Shown here: in pieces, positions 47,613 to 56,168 of the stretch
Layout: every line of letters begins with the position of its first letter
Numbering within the stretch: position 1 is the stretch's first letter
From: an uncultured Phycisphaeraceae bacterium
GTDB taxonomy: Bacteria; Planctomycetota; Phycisphaerae; Phycisphaerales; UBA1924
Assembly: GCA_964391865.1 (NCBI GenBank)
Contig: CAYMNQ010000003.1
Location: 1 to 64,000 of the forward strand
DNA length: 64,000 bases
Direction: 5' to 3'
Program-made: the position numbers and the translations under genes
Notes under the pieces: generated by a model
Told to the model about the DNA's origin: nothing
Seen by the model: the letters and a program-made list of their open reading frames with translations, nothing else
The model's database searches: none

Positions 47613-48836
47613 TCAGGCGACGGTTTCCTCGCCGCCGTCATCGCCCTCCGCCCCCACCCCGGCTCCCGCCGTCTCGCGCGGGAACCAGCGCAGACCGCCC
47701 GCTTCGAACTCATCCAGCGCCGCGCGCACCCCCGCCGCGTCCGGCGCGGTGCGCACCCGCTCGCGCAGCGGCTTGCACGGCCCCAGCTTCTTCGCGAACC
47801 ACGCGATCCGCCGCCGGATGTGATTCATCGCGTACCGCTCGTCGCGGTATTCGAGCATCAGGGCGAAGTACCGGCGGATGATCGCGAGTTTTTCCGCGAG
47901 CGGGGGGTCGGCGGGGGAAAGTCCAAAGTCCAAAGTCACAAAGTCCAAATGCTGGCGTGACCCGGTCTGGCTCGGGCTCAACTGTCTTTCAATTGCACTT
48001 TGCTCATTTGCACTTTGGACTTTCTGAACCTCCCACCCCTGCCGGAAGATCCACGGCGCCGCCAGCGCCCCGCGCCCGATCATCACGCCGTCGCAGCCGG
48101 TGCGCTCCATCATGTCGATCACGCCGAGGGCGGTGGTCACGTCGCCGTTGCCGAGCACGGGGATCGCGCCGTCAACCGATTCGACCACGCGACGGATGCC
48201 CTCGTGGTTCACGCCGCCCGTAAACTTCTGCTCCGTCGTGCGCCCATGCACCGTGACGAGTTGAATCCCGGCGCCCGCGAGATCGCGCGCCAGCCGGGGG
48301 GCGACGAACCGCTCGTTATCCCAGCCGAGGCGCATCTTCGCGGTGACGGGCACGCGCCCGGCGCTGGCGCGCTCCGCCGCGCGGACCACCATCTCCGCGA
48401 GGTGCACCGTGGCGCACGGGTCGCACAGCAGCATCGACCCGCCGTTCTTCTTCGTCACTTTGTCGACGGGGCAGCCCATGTTGATGTCGATCACCGTCGC
48501 GCCGTGATCGACGGCCCAGCGCGCCCCCTCCGCCAGAATCTCCCCCTCCGCCCCGTACAGCTGCATGCACAAGGGCTTGTCCAGCTCGTTCGTCGCCGCC
48601 AGATCAAGCGAGTGCATCGACCCGCGCAAGAGCCCGTGCGGCGAGAGCAAATCCGTACACGCGAGGCCAAGCCCGCCCTGCTCGCGGCACACAATCCGGA
48701 ACGCCAAATCGCAATACCCCGCGATCGGCGCGAGCAACAGATTGCTCCGCAGCGTCACCGCCCCGATCGTCAGCGGCACGCCGACACGCGGATTCGCGCG
48801 AGCGCTTAAGCGGGTTGGCTGGGAGGTGTCGTGCAT
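47613..48836 (-). CDS. dus: tRNA-dihydrouridine synthase carrying an in-frame ~36-codon insertion
   Basis: Dus motifs LAPIAGYCDLAFR, DINMGCP, GRGALAAPWIF. Between PWIFRQ and the conserved C-terminal helix lies QGWEVQKVQSANEQSAIERQLSPSQTGSRQHLDFVTLDFGLS, encoded by the low-GC palindromic element at 47917..48024. Confidence 0.75.
   Translation of the reverse strand: MHDTSQPTRLSARANPRVGVPLTIGAVTLRSNLLLAPIAGYCDLAFRIVCREQGGLGLACTDLLSPHGLLRGSMHSLDLAATNELDKPLCMQLYGAEGEILAEGARWAVDHGATVIDINMGCPVDKVTKKNGGSMLLCDPCATVHLAEMVVRAAERASAGRVPVTAKMRLGWDNERFVAPRLARDLAGAGIQLVTVHGRTTEQKFTGGVNHEGIRRVVESVDGAIPVLGNGDVTTALGVIDMMERTGCDGVMIGRGALAAPWIFRQGWEVQKVQSANEQSAIERQLSPSQTGSRQHLDFVTLDFGLSPADPPLAEKLAIIRRYFALMLEYRDERYAMNHIRRRIAWFAKKLGPCKPLRERVRTAPDAAGVRAALDEFEAGGLRWFPRETAGAGVGAEGDDGGEETVA
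47917..48024. repeat. MITE-like low-GC inverted-repeat element inserted in-frame within dus
   Basis: GAAAGTCCAAAGTCCAAAGTCACAAAGTCCAAATG ... CATTGCACTTTGCTCATTTGCACTTTGGACTTTC. The outer 13 bp are perfectly complementary. About 108 bp, a multiple of 3. GC far below its surroundings. Confidence 0.5.
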
Positions 48837-49525
48837 GAAGAGGAGGGAATGGTAGCCCCGCCGCATTCCGGGCAGCGGGCGGCGCTGAGGCCGTGAAGGT
48901 CGTAGCCGCACGCGGGGCAAAGTCCGCGCTGGCGGCGGCGCAGCCGGCGAGTCGTCGGAACAACAGTGATCGCCGCGAGCCACAGCGCGGCATAGAACAG
49001 GGCATCAATCAACATCGCGGGACAGAGTGCCGACGTCGGTAGAAGAATCAGCGAGTGGTGAGGATTCGCCGATCGCTTGGTCCAGTTCGGAACGCGCAGC
49101 CCTTCACGTACTCGCGTGGCGCTATACGGCTCGTCGGGGTAGTCAGCCGTTACGGCCGAACCACGAAGGCACTTGAACGGCCAACCTGCGCGGTTCACAT
49201 GAATGAAGTGAGTGATCGTCGGGAGATTGTCACGCCACCCAGCCGTCCACCGGGGCGCGACATCGATCCTGCGCTCAAAGTAGTACGCCGGGTGTGTCAT
49301 GGCGCGATAGGGATGGAGCCCCAACGACGAGTAGCCGGTCCACTCCTGAAGTTGCCCGTGCCAATACTGTTGTTCCGGGCTTCGAAACTGCGCGCCATCG
49401 GGCGGACGCGTGGCGAACGGTCCGAATCGAAGCTGAGCGGACATCGAGATTCCCCATGCCACCGCCACCGTCGTCAACACGCCGAGCGCGAGACACACCA
49501 CCACTCGCCACACCCAGCGCCGCAT
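48806..49525 (-). CDS. membrane protein with periplasmic domain and cytoplasmic C-terminal zinc ribbon (family member P2)
   Basis: N-term MRRWVWRVVVCLALGVLTTVAVAWG (TM1). Periplasmic segment contains GWPFKC. TM2 is followed by RRLRRRQRGLCPACGYDLHGLSAARCPECGG. Start chosen by homology to the adjacent paralog. Confidence 0.55.
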   Translation of the reverse strand: MRRWVWRVVVCLALGVLTTVAVAWGISMSAQLRFGPFATRPPDGAQFRSPEQQYWHGQLQEWTGYSSLGLHPYRAMTHPAYYFERRIDVAPRWTAGWRDNLPTITHFIHVNRAGWPFKCLRGSAVTADYPDEPYSATRVREGLRVPNWTKRSANPHHSLILLPTSALCPAMLIDALFYAALWLAAITVVPTTRRLRRRQRGLCPACGYDLHGLSAARCPECGGATIPSSSCTTPPSQPA

Positions 49526-49526
49526 C

Positions 49527-50219
49527 TCAAGGCTCCGTGACAACGACCGCCGACTTAGGCTGCGCCCATGATGCAATGACCGAATCACCACACTCAGGGC
49601 AACGAGAAGAGTGGAGGCCGACCAGACAATACCCGCACCCGCCGCATTGGTTTCGCTGCTGCCTCCGCCATCGAATCAGGATGCGCGGGAATGGGATGAG
49701 TCCAGCCAAGAGAATTGCATAGAAGATCGAGCTGAGGGCCAGCCCGCGCACGATCGGTGAGTGTGGCAGTGGGAATCGAGCCGGAGTGGTGTTGGTGGCC
49801 GTTGGCGGTGTGTAACCAGTGAAGAGAACAGTGCTGCTCAAGTCGATGCGGCTCTTTCGTTCGCTCGATTGGACACATCTGAATGGCCATCCATAGGCCG
49901 TGAGTGTCAGATCAAAGTCCTCGGCGGTAAGAGCGCCTTCGGCGGTGCTCACAGCCCAATCCGCAAGTGCAACTTCGGGCCCGATGGCGACGCAGAGGCA
50001 ACTGCTCGGTGTTCTCAGCCGGTAACGATCACTGATCCAATCTCTCTCGCGAACACCGTCGATGCTGGGCTCTCGGTCGATCAGAATGACGCGGTTCACA
50101 CGCAGCGATGGCCCGACCGGTGCTGCGCCGCGCATCAGTATTGATACCCACGGCAGCGCGACCGTTGTCAGCACGCCGAGTGCCAAGCACACCGGGATTC
50201 TCTTCACCCATCGCCGCAC
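49527..50219 (-). CDS. membrane protein with periplasmic domain and C-terminal zinc ribbon (family member P3, tandem with P2)
   Basis: MRRWVKRIPVCLALGVLTTVALPW; GWPFRC; RWRRQQRNQCGGCGYCLVGLHSSRCPECGDS. Its stop lies 1 nt from the P2 start. Confidence 0.55.
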   Translation of the reverse strand: MRRWVKRIPVCLALGVLTTVALPWVSILMRGAAPVGPSLRVNRVILIDREPSIDGVRERDWISDRYRLRTPSSCLCVAIGPEVALADWAVSTAEGALTAEDFDLTLTAYGWPFRCVQSSERKSRIDLSSTVLFTGYTPPTATNTTPARFPLPHSPIVRGLALSSIFYAILLAGLIPFPRILIRWRRQQRNQCGGCGYCLVGLHSSRCPECGDSVIASWAQPKSAVVVTEP

Positions 50220-50250
50220 GCGCGACCTCCCGCGCCGAACGTCGCAGTCT

Positions 50251-50372
50251 TCCGGCTCCCAGCCTCAAGCTCCAAGCTTCAAGCTTCCGGTCTCCGGCCC
50301 CCAACTCAAAACCCCCAACCCAAAACCCGCAGCACTCAGCACTCGTTCCTCAGCACTCAGCTCCCCCGCTCC
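50251..50372. repeat. low-complexity direct-repeat tract upstream of P3
   Basis: cctcaagctccaagcttcaagcttcc; ccaactcaaaacccccaacccaaaaccc; gcagcactcagcactcgttcctcagcactcagc. Resembles the CTCAAA/CTCCAA units of the IRs at 15785 and 16238. Confidence 0.4.
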
Positions 50373-50833
50373 GCCGCCGCCTTCATCGCGTTCAAATCCC
50401 CCTCGAGCATTTTCTTCATCGCGCCCTTCATCATCAGCCCCATCAGCGGCGACATGATCTTCGCCATCAGCGTCACCGGTCGCGCCGTCGTCGTCATCAC
50501 GACGTCGGTTCCGCCGGAACCACCGGGACTACCCGCGCCGCCCGTCGGCGTGAATGTGAAGCGCGTCGCGTACTCCACGCCGCAGGATGTGCAGCCGACG
50601 GTGTACGCCCGCCCCGGCTGGAACTCGGTGAACTCCATCGTCTCCGTCGCCGTCTTGCCGAACATCACGCGGCTCTCGCGGAAGCGCGTGCCCGTGCCGA
50701 TCGGCCCGTCGGTCAGCACCTCCAGCGCGGTGATCCCCTTGATGTGCTTCGGCGCCTCGCGCACATTCGAGAAGACCTCGAACACGCGATCGACCGGCGC
50801 TTCAACGCGCACGCGGCTCTCGAACATCGCCAT
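50357..50833 (-). CDS. SRPBCC-superfamily protein (polyketide-cyclase/START-like)
   Basis: 158 aa, MAMFESRVRVEAPVDRVFEVFSN.. typical of Polyketide_cyc2-like proteins. GGAGG RBS 8 nt upstream. Confidence 0.6.
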   Translation of the reverse strand: MAMFESRVRVEAPVDRVFEVFSNVREAPKHIKGITALEVLTDGPIGTGTRFRESRVMFGKTATETMEFTEFQPGRAYTVGCTSCGVEYATRFTFTPTGGAGSPGGSGGTDVVMTTTARPVTLMAKIMSPLMGLMMKGAMKKMLEGDLNAMKAAAERGS

Positions 50834-50880
50834 GGCTTCAACCTCCGCGCCCCCAGCGTCTCCGCGGTGAATCTTCTTCC

Positions 50881-51192
50881 TCAAACCCCCGGTGTCGCGT
50901 CGAGCTGCGCCGCGAGATCGAAATCCTTCTGCGTGATCCCGCCCGCGTCGTGCGTGTTGAGCGAGAGCGTGACCTTGTTCCAGCGGATGAGGATGTCCGG
51001 GTGGTGCTGCACCTTCTCGGCGAGTTCCGCCGCGCGATTCACGAACTTCATGGCGGCGATGAAATCCTTGAACTGGTACGTCCGCTGGATCGACCCCGCC
51101 ACCTCGGCCCATTGCGGCAGAGGCTTCAACTGGTCCGCGATCTGCTCTTCCGTCAGCTTCTGCGGGGCTTTGGTGCTCGCTTTCGCCGCCAT
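50881..51192 (-). CDS. phhB: pterin-4a-carbinolamine dehydratase
   Basis: LTEEQIADQLKPLPQWAEV...YQFKDFIAAMKFVNRAAELAEKVQHHPDILIRWNKVTLSLNTHDAGGIT matches the PCD/DCoH family. Confidence 0.8.
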   Translation of the reverse strand: MAAKASTKAPQKLTEEQIADQLKPLPQWAEVAGSIQRTYQFKDFIAAMKFVNRAAELAEKVQHHPDILIRWNKVTLSLNTHDAGGITQKDFDLAAQLDATPGV

Positions 51193-51463
51193 GGTGATCG
51201 CCTCCCTCGCCGCCCAGCGGCGTGAACCACCAGCCTATCGCGCGGCGAACGCCCGTGCCGCGCTCTTGTTGACGCATTGAACCACGGAGGCACGGGGGAC
51301 GCGGAGGAGAGATTCTTCAACGCGAAGATCGCGAAGGGCGCAAAGAGATGAAGGCAAAAGAGAGGAGATGACAAGAGAACGGGATAGACCAAGAACAAAC
51401 TCGCTCTGACCCCCGACGCATTTTCCCTCTTCGCGCTCTCTGCGATCTTCGCGTTATAAATCC

Positions 51464-51495
51464 CCGTTCCGTGCTCTCCGTGTCTCTGTGGTGAA
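51464..51495. repeat. third copy of the ~30-bp GTGCTCTC..CTGTGGTGAA repeat, forming the gluQ leader
   Basis: ccgttccgtgctctccgtgtctctgtggtgaatcttgaag precedes the gluQ start, as the copy at 43155 precedes ugd. Confidence 0.45.
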
Positions 51496-51497
51496 TC

Positions 51498-52484
51498 TTG
51501 AAGACGCCCACTCCCACCACCCGCCTTGCCCCGTCGCCCACCGGCGCGCTGCACCTGGGCAACGCGCGCACGTTCCTCATCAACTGGGCGCTCGCGCGCC
51601 GGCTCGGCTGGCGCATCGTGCTGCGCATCGAAGACCTCGACGGCCCGCGCATCAAGCCCGGCGCCGCCGAGGCGTGCATCGACACGCTCCGCTGGCTCGG
51701 CATCGACTGGGATACCGGCCCCATCATCCAGTCGCACGACCTGTCGCCGTACCTCGATGCGATGCGCACACTTGCCGCCCGCGCCGCCGCGTACCCCTCC
51801 GAACTCACGCGCTCGGAGATCGAAGCCGCCGCCAGCGCCCCGCAGGAACTCGGCGCCGATCCGGGCGCGCCCGTCGGCACGGGCGAAATCCGCTTCCCGC
51901 CCGAGCTGCGCCCCGCGCTGCACCCGCGCGAGTTCGTCGACGCCGAGACGAACTGGCGCTTCGCCGTCCCCGACCGGGCGGTGGAGTTCGCCGACGACTT
52001 CGCGGGCCCGCAGCGCGGCCGCCCCATCGACACCATCGGCGACTTCGTGATCTGGACCAAGCGCGCGCAGCCGTCGTACCAGCTCGCGGTCGTGGTGGAT
52101 GATGCGCGCCAGGGCGTGACGCACATCGTCCGCGGGGACGACCTGCTCGACTCCGCCGCGCGTCAACTGCTGCTCTACGAAGCACTGAATCTCGCGCCGA
52201 TCCCGCGCTACTGCCACCTGCCGCTGGTCGTCGGCACCGACGGCCGCCGGCTCGCGAAGCGCCACGGCGACACCCGGCTTGATACCTACCGCGCCCGCGG
52301 CGTCCCCGCCGAGCGCGTCATCGGGCTGCTCGCCTACTGGAGCGGCGTGACCAACCCCGACCAACCTCCGAAGCCCATGTCCGCCGCCGAATACGCCGCC
52401 GGGTTTGAGCTGAACCGACTCCCCCGCGCGCGGGTAACCTTCACCAACAACGACGATCGCTGGCTCACGAAAACCAACTCCTGA
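51498..52484 (+). CDS. gluQ: glutamyl-Q tRNA(Asp) synthetase
   Basis: RLAPSPTGALHLGNARTFLINW (HIGH-type motif). Truncated GluRS catalytic domain only, about 328 aa. Non-ATG (TTG) start per the track. Confidence 0.8.
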   Translation: MKTPTPTTRLAPSPTGALHLGNARTFLINWALARRLGWRIVLRIEDLDGPRIKPGAAEACIDTLRWLGIDWDTGPIIQSHDLSPYLDAMRTLAARAAAYPSELTRSEIEAAASAPQELGADPGAPVGTGEIRFPPELRPALHPREFVDAETNWRFAVPDRAVEFADDFAGPQRGRPIDTIGDFVIWTKRAQPSYQLAVVVDDARQGVTHIVRGDDLLDSAARQLLLYEALNLAPIPRYCHLPLVVGTDGRRLAKRHGDTRLDTYRARGVPAERVIGLLAYWSGVTNPDQPPKPMSAAEYAAGFELNRLPRARVTFTNNDDRWLTKTNS

Positions 52485-53006
52485 GTGCATACACCCATGC
52501 TCCGCGCCATCCTTTTCTTCGTCTCCCTCTGCGTCCTCTGCGTTCAGAGTCTTGTGCTGATCGGCTGCGACACGCGCACCGCCGACGGGCGCGAGATCGT
52601 CACCGTCGCCGGCACCCAGTTCAAGCTCGACGGCGCGCTCGACCACGCCACCCGCACGAAAGGGCTGGGCGGGCGTACCGAAATCCCCGCCGACGGCGGG
52701 ATGATCTTCGTTTTCCCCATTGTCTCCGTGCTCGAGTTCGTCATGCGCGACTGCCCCGTGCCGATCGACGTCGCGTTCCTCGACGACTCCGGGCGCGTGC
52801 TCACGATCCACGAGATGACCCCCGAGGACCCGCAGCGCGCGGGCGAAAGCCCGGAAATCTACGAGCAGCGCCTCAAGCGGTACTCCAGCCGCTACCCGGC
52901 GCGCTACGCGGTCGAGCTCGCGGGCGGCACATACCGGAAACTCGGCGTGAAACCGGGCGATCTCATCGAGTTCGACCGCGAGGGTCTTAAGAAGCGGCTG
53001 AAGTGA
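52485..53006 (+). CDS. DUF192-family lipoprotein
   Basis: Lipobox LVLIGC. DUF192/COG1430-like core (GMIFVFP...PIDVAFLDDSGRVL). Confidence 0.6.
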   Translation: MHTPMLRAILFFVSLCVLCVQSLVLIGCDTRTADGREIVTVAGTQFKLDGALDHATRTKGLGGRTEIPADGGMIFVFPIVSVLEFVMRDCPVPIDVAFLDDSGRVLTIHEMTPEDPQRAGESPEIYEQRLKRYSSRYPARYAVELAGGTYRKLGVKPGDLIEFDREGLKKRLK

Positions 53007-53024
53007 TCCGATCCGAGGGGGGCC

Positions 53025-54437
53025 GTGCGACGCGCGCCCGGCGCTTCTCGGACCACACCAGTGACCCGACCCACGAAGTCGCCCGCCGGGGGCGCGCCCA
53101 TCCTGCTGATCGCGACGGGCGAGGAGCCCGAGTTGGCGCAGGCGCGCTGGTGGCGCCCCATCTCCGACCACTGGCCAGAGTACGCGCCGCTGCCGCACAT
53201 CTCGTTCGTCCCGCTGCACGACCCGCCGAGCGACGACGCGCGCCCCACGCCCACGGCGGTGCTCGTCATCACGCGCGCGACCGACGACCCCGCCGACGTA
53301 CACCGGCTGATCGACGCGCTGGGTGATGAACTGCTCCCCGTCGCCGTGCTCGCCGACGAGCCGAAGCGCTTCGCGCGCTCGGGGTCGAGCGGGCTGTTCG
53401 CGTTCAAGAAGGACGAGAACCCGGTGGTCGTCGCCGCCACGCTCGGCGCGGTGATGGCGCGGCAAGAACTGCTCCGCGCCGCCGAAGACGAAGCCCGTTT
53501 GCTCCGCCGGTTCCAGGGCGGCCTGCGCACCGAGATGGAGAAGCTGCAGGACGAATTGCAGCTCGCCGCCAGCGTGCAGCGCGAGTTCCTGCCCAAGGCG
53601 CTCCCGCCCGTGCCGAACCTTGACTTCCACGTGCTCTTCCGCCCCTGCGGCTACGTCAGCGGCGATATCTACGATGTGCTGCGCCTTGATGAGAACCACG
53701 TCGGCTTCTTCCTTGCCGACGCTGTGGGGCACGGCGTGCCGGCGGCGCTGATGACCATGGTCATCGCGCGCGGGCTCACGACGAAGGTCGTCACGCCCGA
53801 CGGTGCGACGTTGCTCGCCCCCGCCGAGGTGCTCCGCCGACTGAACGAAGAGATGGTCGACCGGCACGGCAACGGGTCGCGCTTCGCCACCGCGGTGTAC
53901 GGCGTGATCGACGTGCGCACGCGGAGAGTCACACTCGCCGGCGCGGGGCATCCGCCGCCGCTGCGGATCAGAATCTCCGACGACCCCGACGACTCCTCGC
54001 CCACGCACACGACGCGCATCGAAACCTCCGGCGGGCTGCTGGGCGTCTTCCCCGACGCGCAGTACGACGAGGTGAGCTTCACGCTCGCGCCAGACGAGAT
54101 GCTCGTCGTCCACTCCGACGGGTTCGAGACGGCGTTCCCGGTCGTCTCCGCCGATGCGCGCTCGAAGAAGCTGCCCAATCATCATTACGTGGAGCACTTC
54201 GTCCGCCTCGCGCGCGCCTGGCACCGCGACGGCATCTCGAACGCGATGAAGAAACTCGGCAGCGAGATCGACCGCCAGTCCGGCTCGCTGCACCAGGTGG
54301 ACGACCTGTCGGCGATCGCGATCGTGCCGACGAAGGACTCGGCGCTTGACCGGCTGTTCACGGGCGGCACGGAGCAGTCGCGCCCGCGGAATCAGCCCGG
54401 CCAGCGCTCGTCGCCGAACGCGCCGTCCAACTCGTGA
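53025..54437 (+). CDS. SpoIIE/PP2C-family serine phosphatase with degenerate receiver-like N-terminal domain
   Basis: C-terminal SGDIYDV, FFLADAVGHGVPAALMT, HSDGF motifs of the RsbU/SpoIIE PP2C family. N-terminal about 130 aa has a CheY-like hydrophobic pattern (ILLIATGEE...VLVITRATDD). Confidence 0.7.
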   Translation: MRRAPGASRTTPVTRPTKSPAGGAPILLIATGEEPELAQARWWRPISDHWPEYAPLPHISFVPLHDPPSDDARPTPTAVLVITRATDDPADVHRLIDALGDELLPVAVLADEPKRFARSGSSGLFAFKKDENPVVVAATLGAVMARQELLRAAEDEARLLRRFQGGLRTEMEKLQDELQLAASVQREFLPKALPPVPNLDFHVLFRPCGYVSGDIYDVLRLDENHVGFFLADAVGHGVPAALMTMVIARGLTTKVVTPDGATLLAPAEVLRRLNEEMVDRHGNGSRFATAVYGVIDVRTRRVTLAGAGHPPPLRIRISDDPDDSSPTHTTRIETSGGLLGVFPDAQYDEVSFTLAPDEMLVVHSDGFETAFPVVSADARSKKLPNHHYVEHFVRLARAWHRDGISNAMKKLGSEIDRQSGSLHQVDDLSAIAIVPTKDSALDRLFTGGTEQSRPRNQPGQRSSPNAPSNS

Positions 54438-54647
54438 CATTGGTGTGTGCGAGGGGCGCGGCTCGGCGCGGCGGATGATCGAGATCGCTGGGGCGATCGC
54501 GCCATTTGCGGCCCGGTTCTCTCCCCCCGCGGGTCCGCTATAATTCCCGGTCTTCGTCCGCTTCCTGGCGTTCCGCGGCCCGGGCCGATTGTTGTACCCC
54601 CGCCCCCCGGACCGCTCTGACGCACCCGCCGACCGGAGTTCACCGCG

Positions 54648-55526
54648 TTGACCGCCGCTTCTTCCGGCATCCACCCGTCCGCCATCATCGATCCCTCCGC
54701 GCGGATTGACCCGACCAGCACCATCGGCCCGAACGTGCGTGTCGGCGCCGATACGATCGTTGGCCCGCGCTGCGTCATCGGTGAGGGGACCATCCTGCAC
54801 CCGCGCGCCATCATCGTGAAGCACACGACGCTCGGCGCGCACAACGAGGTGCATCCCTACGCCGTGCTCGGCGGCGATCCGCAGGACCGCTCCTTCAAGC
54901 CCGACCAGCCGGGCGAATTGGTCATCGGCGACAAGAACGTCTTCCGCGAGGGCGCAACGTTCCACCGTGGCAACTGGAACGGGCCGGCGACACGCGTCGG
55001 CTCGAACGGCTACTTCATGGTGCAGTCCCACGCCGGGCACAACGCGCAGATCGGAGACAACGTGACCATGGCGAACGGCGCGTGCCTCGCCGGGCACGCG
55101 CGCCTGGGCAGCTTCTGTGTGATGTCCGCGTTTGCCGCTGTGCATCAGTTCACGCAGGTGGGTGAGGGTGTGATGTTCCAGGCGTGCGGGCGCGCCAGCA
55201 TGCACGTCCCGCCGTGGGTGATCCTCGCGGGGCTGAACACCGTCTCGGGGCTGAACGCGGTGGGGCTGCGCCGGAACCCGACGCTCGTGCCGCAGGACCG
55301 GGTGGATGTGAAGACGGTGTACCGTGCGCTGTACCGAGAGCGCGGCGCCGGTTCAATGGAAGACGCGCTCCGCGAGCTTGAAGCGCGCGAGTGGAGCCCG
55401 GCGGCGATGCGGTTCATCGCGTTCTTCCGCGAGGCGCTGAGCGAGCAGCCGCCGCGCAAGCGCGGCGTGTGCGGCGGGAACAAGCGCTTTCGCGCCATCG
55501 CGGAGGTCGACGCCGCCGAAGGGTGA
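54648..55526 (+). CDS. lpxA: acyl-ACP--UDP-N-acetylglucosamine O-acyltransferase
   Basis: Hexapeptide-repeat left-handed beta-helix (IHPSAIIDPSARIDPTSTIGPNVRVGADTIVGP...). LpxA-specific C-terminal helical domain. TTG start per the track. Confidence 0.8.
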   Translation: MTAASSGIHPSAIIDPSARIDPTSTIGPNVRVGADTIVGPRCVIGEGTILHPRAIIVKHTTLGAHNEVHPYAVLGGDPQDRSFKPDQPGELVIGDKNVFREGATFHRGNWNGPATRVGSNGYFMVQSHAGHNAQIGDNVTMANGACLAGHARLGSFCVMSAFAAVHQFTQVGEGVMFQACGRASMHVPPWVILAGLNTVSGLNAVGLRRNPTLVPQDRVDVKTVYRALYRERGAGSMEDALRELEAREWSPAAMRFIAFFREALSEQPPRKRGVCGGNKRFRAIAEVDAAEG

Positions 55527-55527
55527 T

Positions 55528-56133
55528 TCACGCCGATCCGCGCTGGCGGCGCAGCCACTGCACCACGGTTCGCGCGATGATGTCCGTCTCGATGTTGCAG
55601 CGCGAGCCCTCGCGCAGTTCGCCGAGATTGGTCTTCTCCAGCGTGGTGGGGATGAGCGCCACTTCGAACCAGTCGTCGCCCACATCGGCGATGGTGAGCG
55701 AGACGCCCGAGACGGCGACCGATCCCTTCGGGGCCATGCACTCCATCAGCTCGCGCTGCGGGCGGAAGCGGACGCGCCAGTCGGCGGGGTCGCGCTGGGC
55801 GCGGATCACGTCCGCCACACCGTCGACGTGACCCTGCACGATGTGCCCGCCCAGCAGCGTGTCGGCGCGGCAGGCGTGCTCGAGATTTACGCGCGAGCCC
55901 GCGCGGAGCGATCCGAGCGTGGTGACGGAGAGCGTCTGCGCCACCGCGTCGAAGCACCAGCAGCCCCCGGGCGTGATGGCGGCAACGGTGAGGCAGCAGC
56001 CGTCGATGCTGATGGAATCGCCGAGCGCGGGCGCATGAGTCCAGCCCGCGGGGTCGATCTCGAGGTGCGCGCCGGCGGGCGAGGGGGTGATCTTCGCGAC
56101 GCGGGCGACGGATTGGATGAGTCCGGTGAACAC
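55528..56133 (-). CDS. ribE: riboflavin synthase alpha subunit
   Basis: VFTGLIQSVARV start. Duplicated lumazine-binding halves with GDSISIDGCCLTV and GSVAVSGVSLTIA. GTG start. The longer track ORF continues into Arg-rich junk. Confidence 0.8.
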   Translation of the reverse strand: MFTGLIQSVARVAKITPSPAGAHLEIDPAGWTHAPALGDSISIDGCCLTVAAITPGGCWCFDAVAQTLSVTTLGSLRAGSRVNLEHACRADTLLGGHIVQGHVDGVADVIRAQRDPADWRVRFRPQRELMECMAPKGSVAVSGVSLTIADVGDDWFEVALIPTTLEKTNLGELREGSRCNIETDIIARTVVQWLRRQRGSA

Positions 56134-56168
56134 GCGGGTGAGCGTAGCCGAGCGCGGCGGATGGCGCG

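Noticed and set aside
51153-55205. 1350-aa minus-strand ORF
   Set aside because: Runs antisense across gluQ, DUF192, the PP2C phosphatase and lpxA. Arg/Ala/Gly-rich. It is the classic GC-rich stop-free antisense frame.
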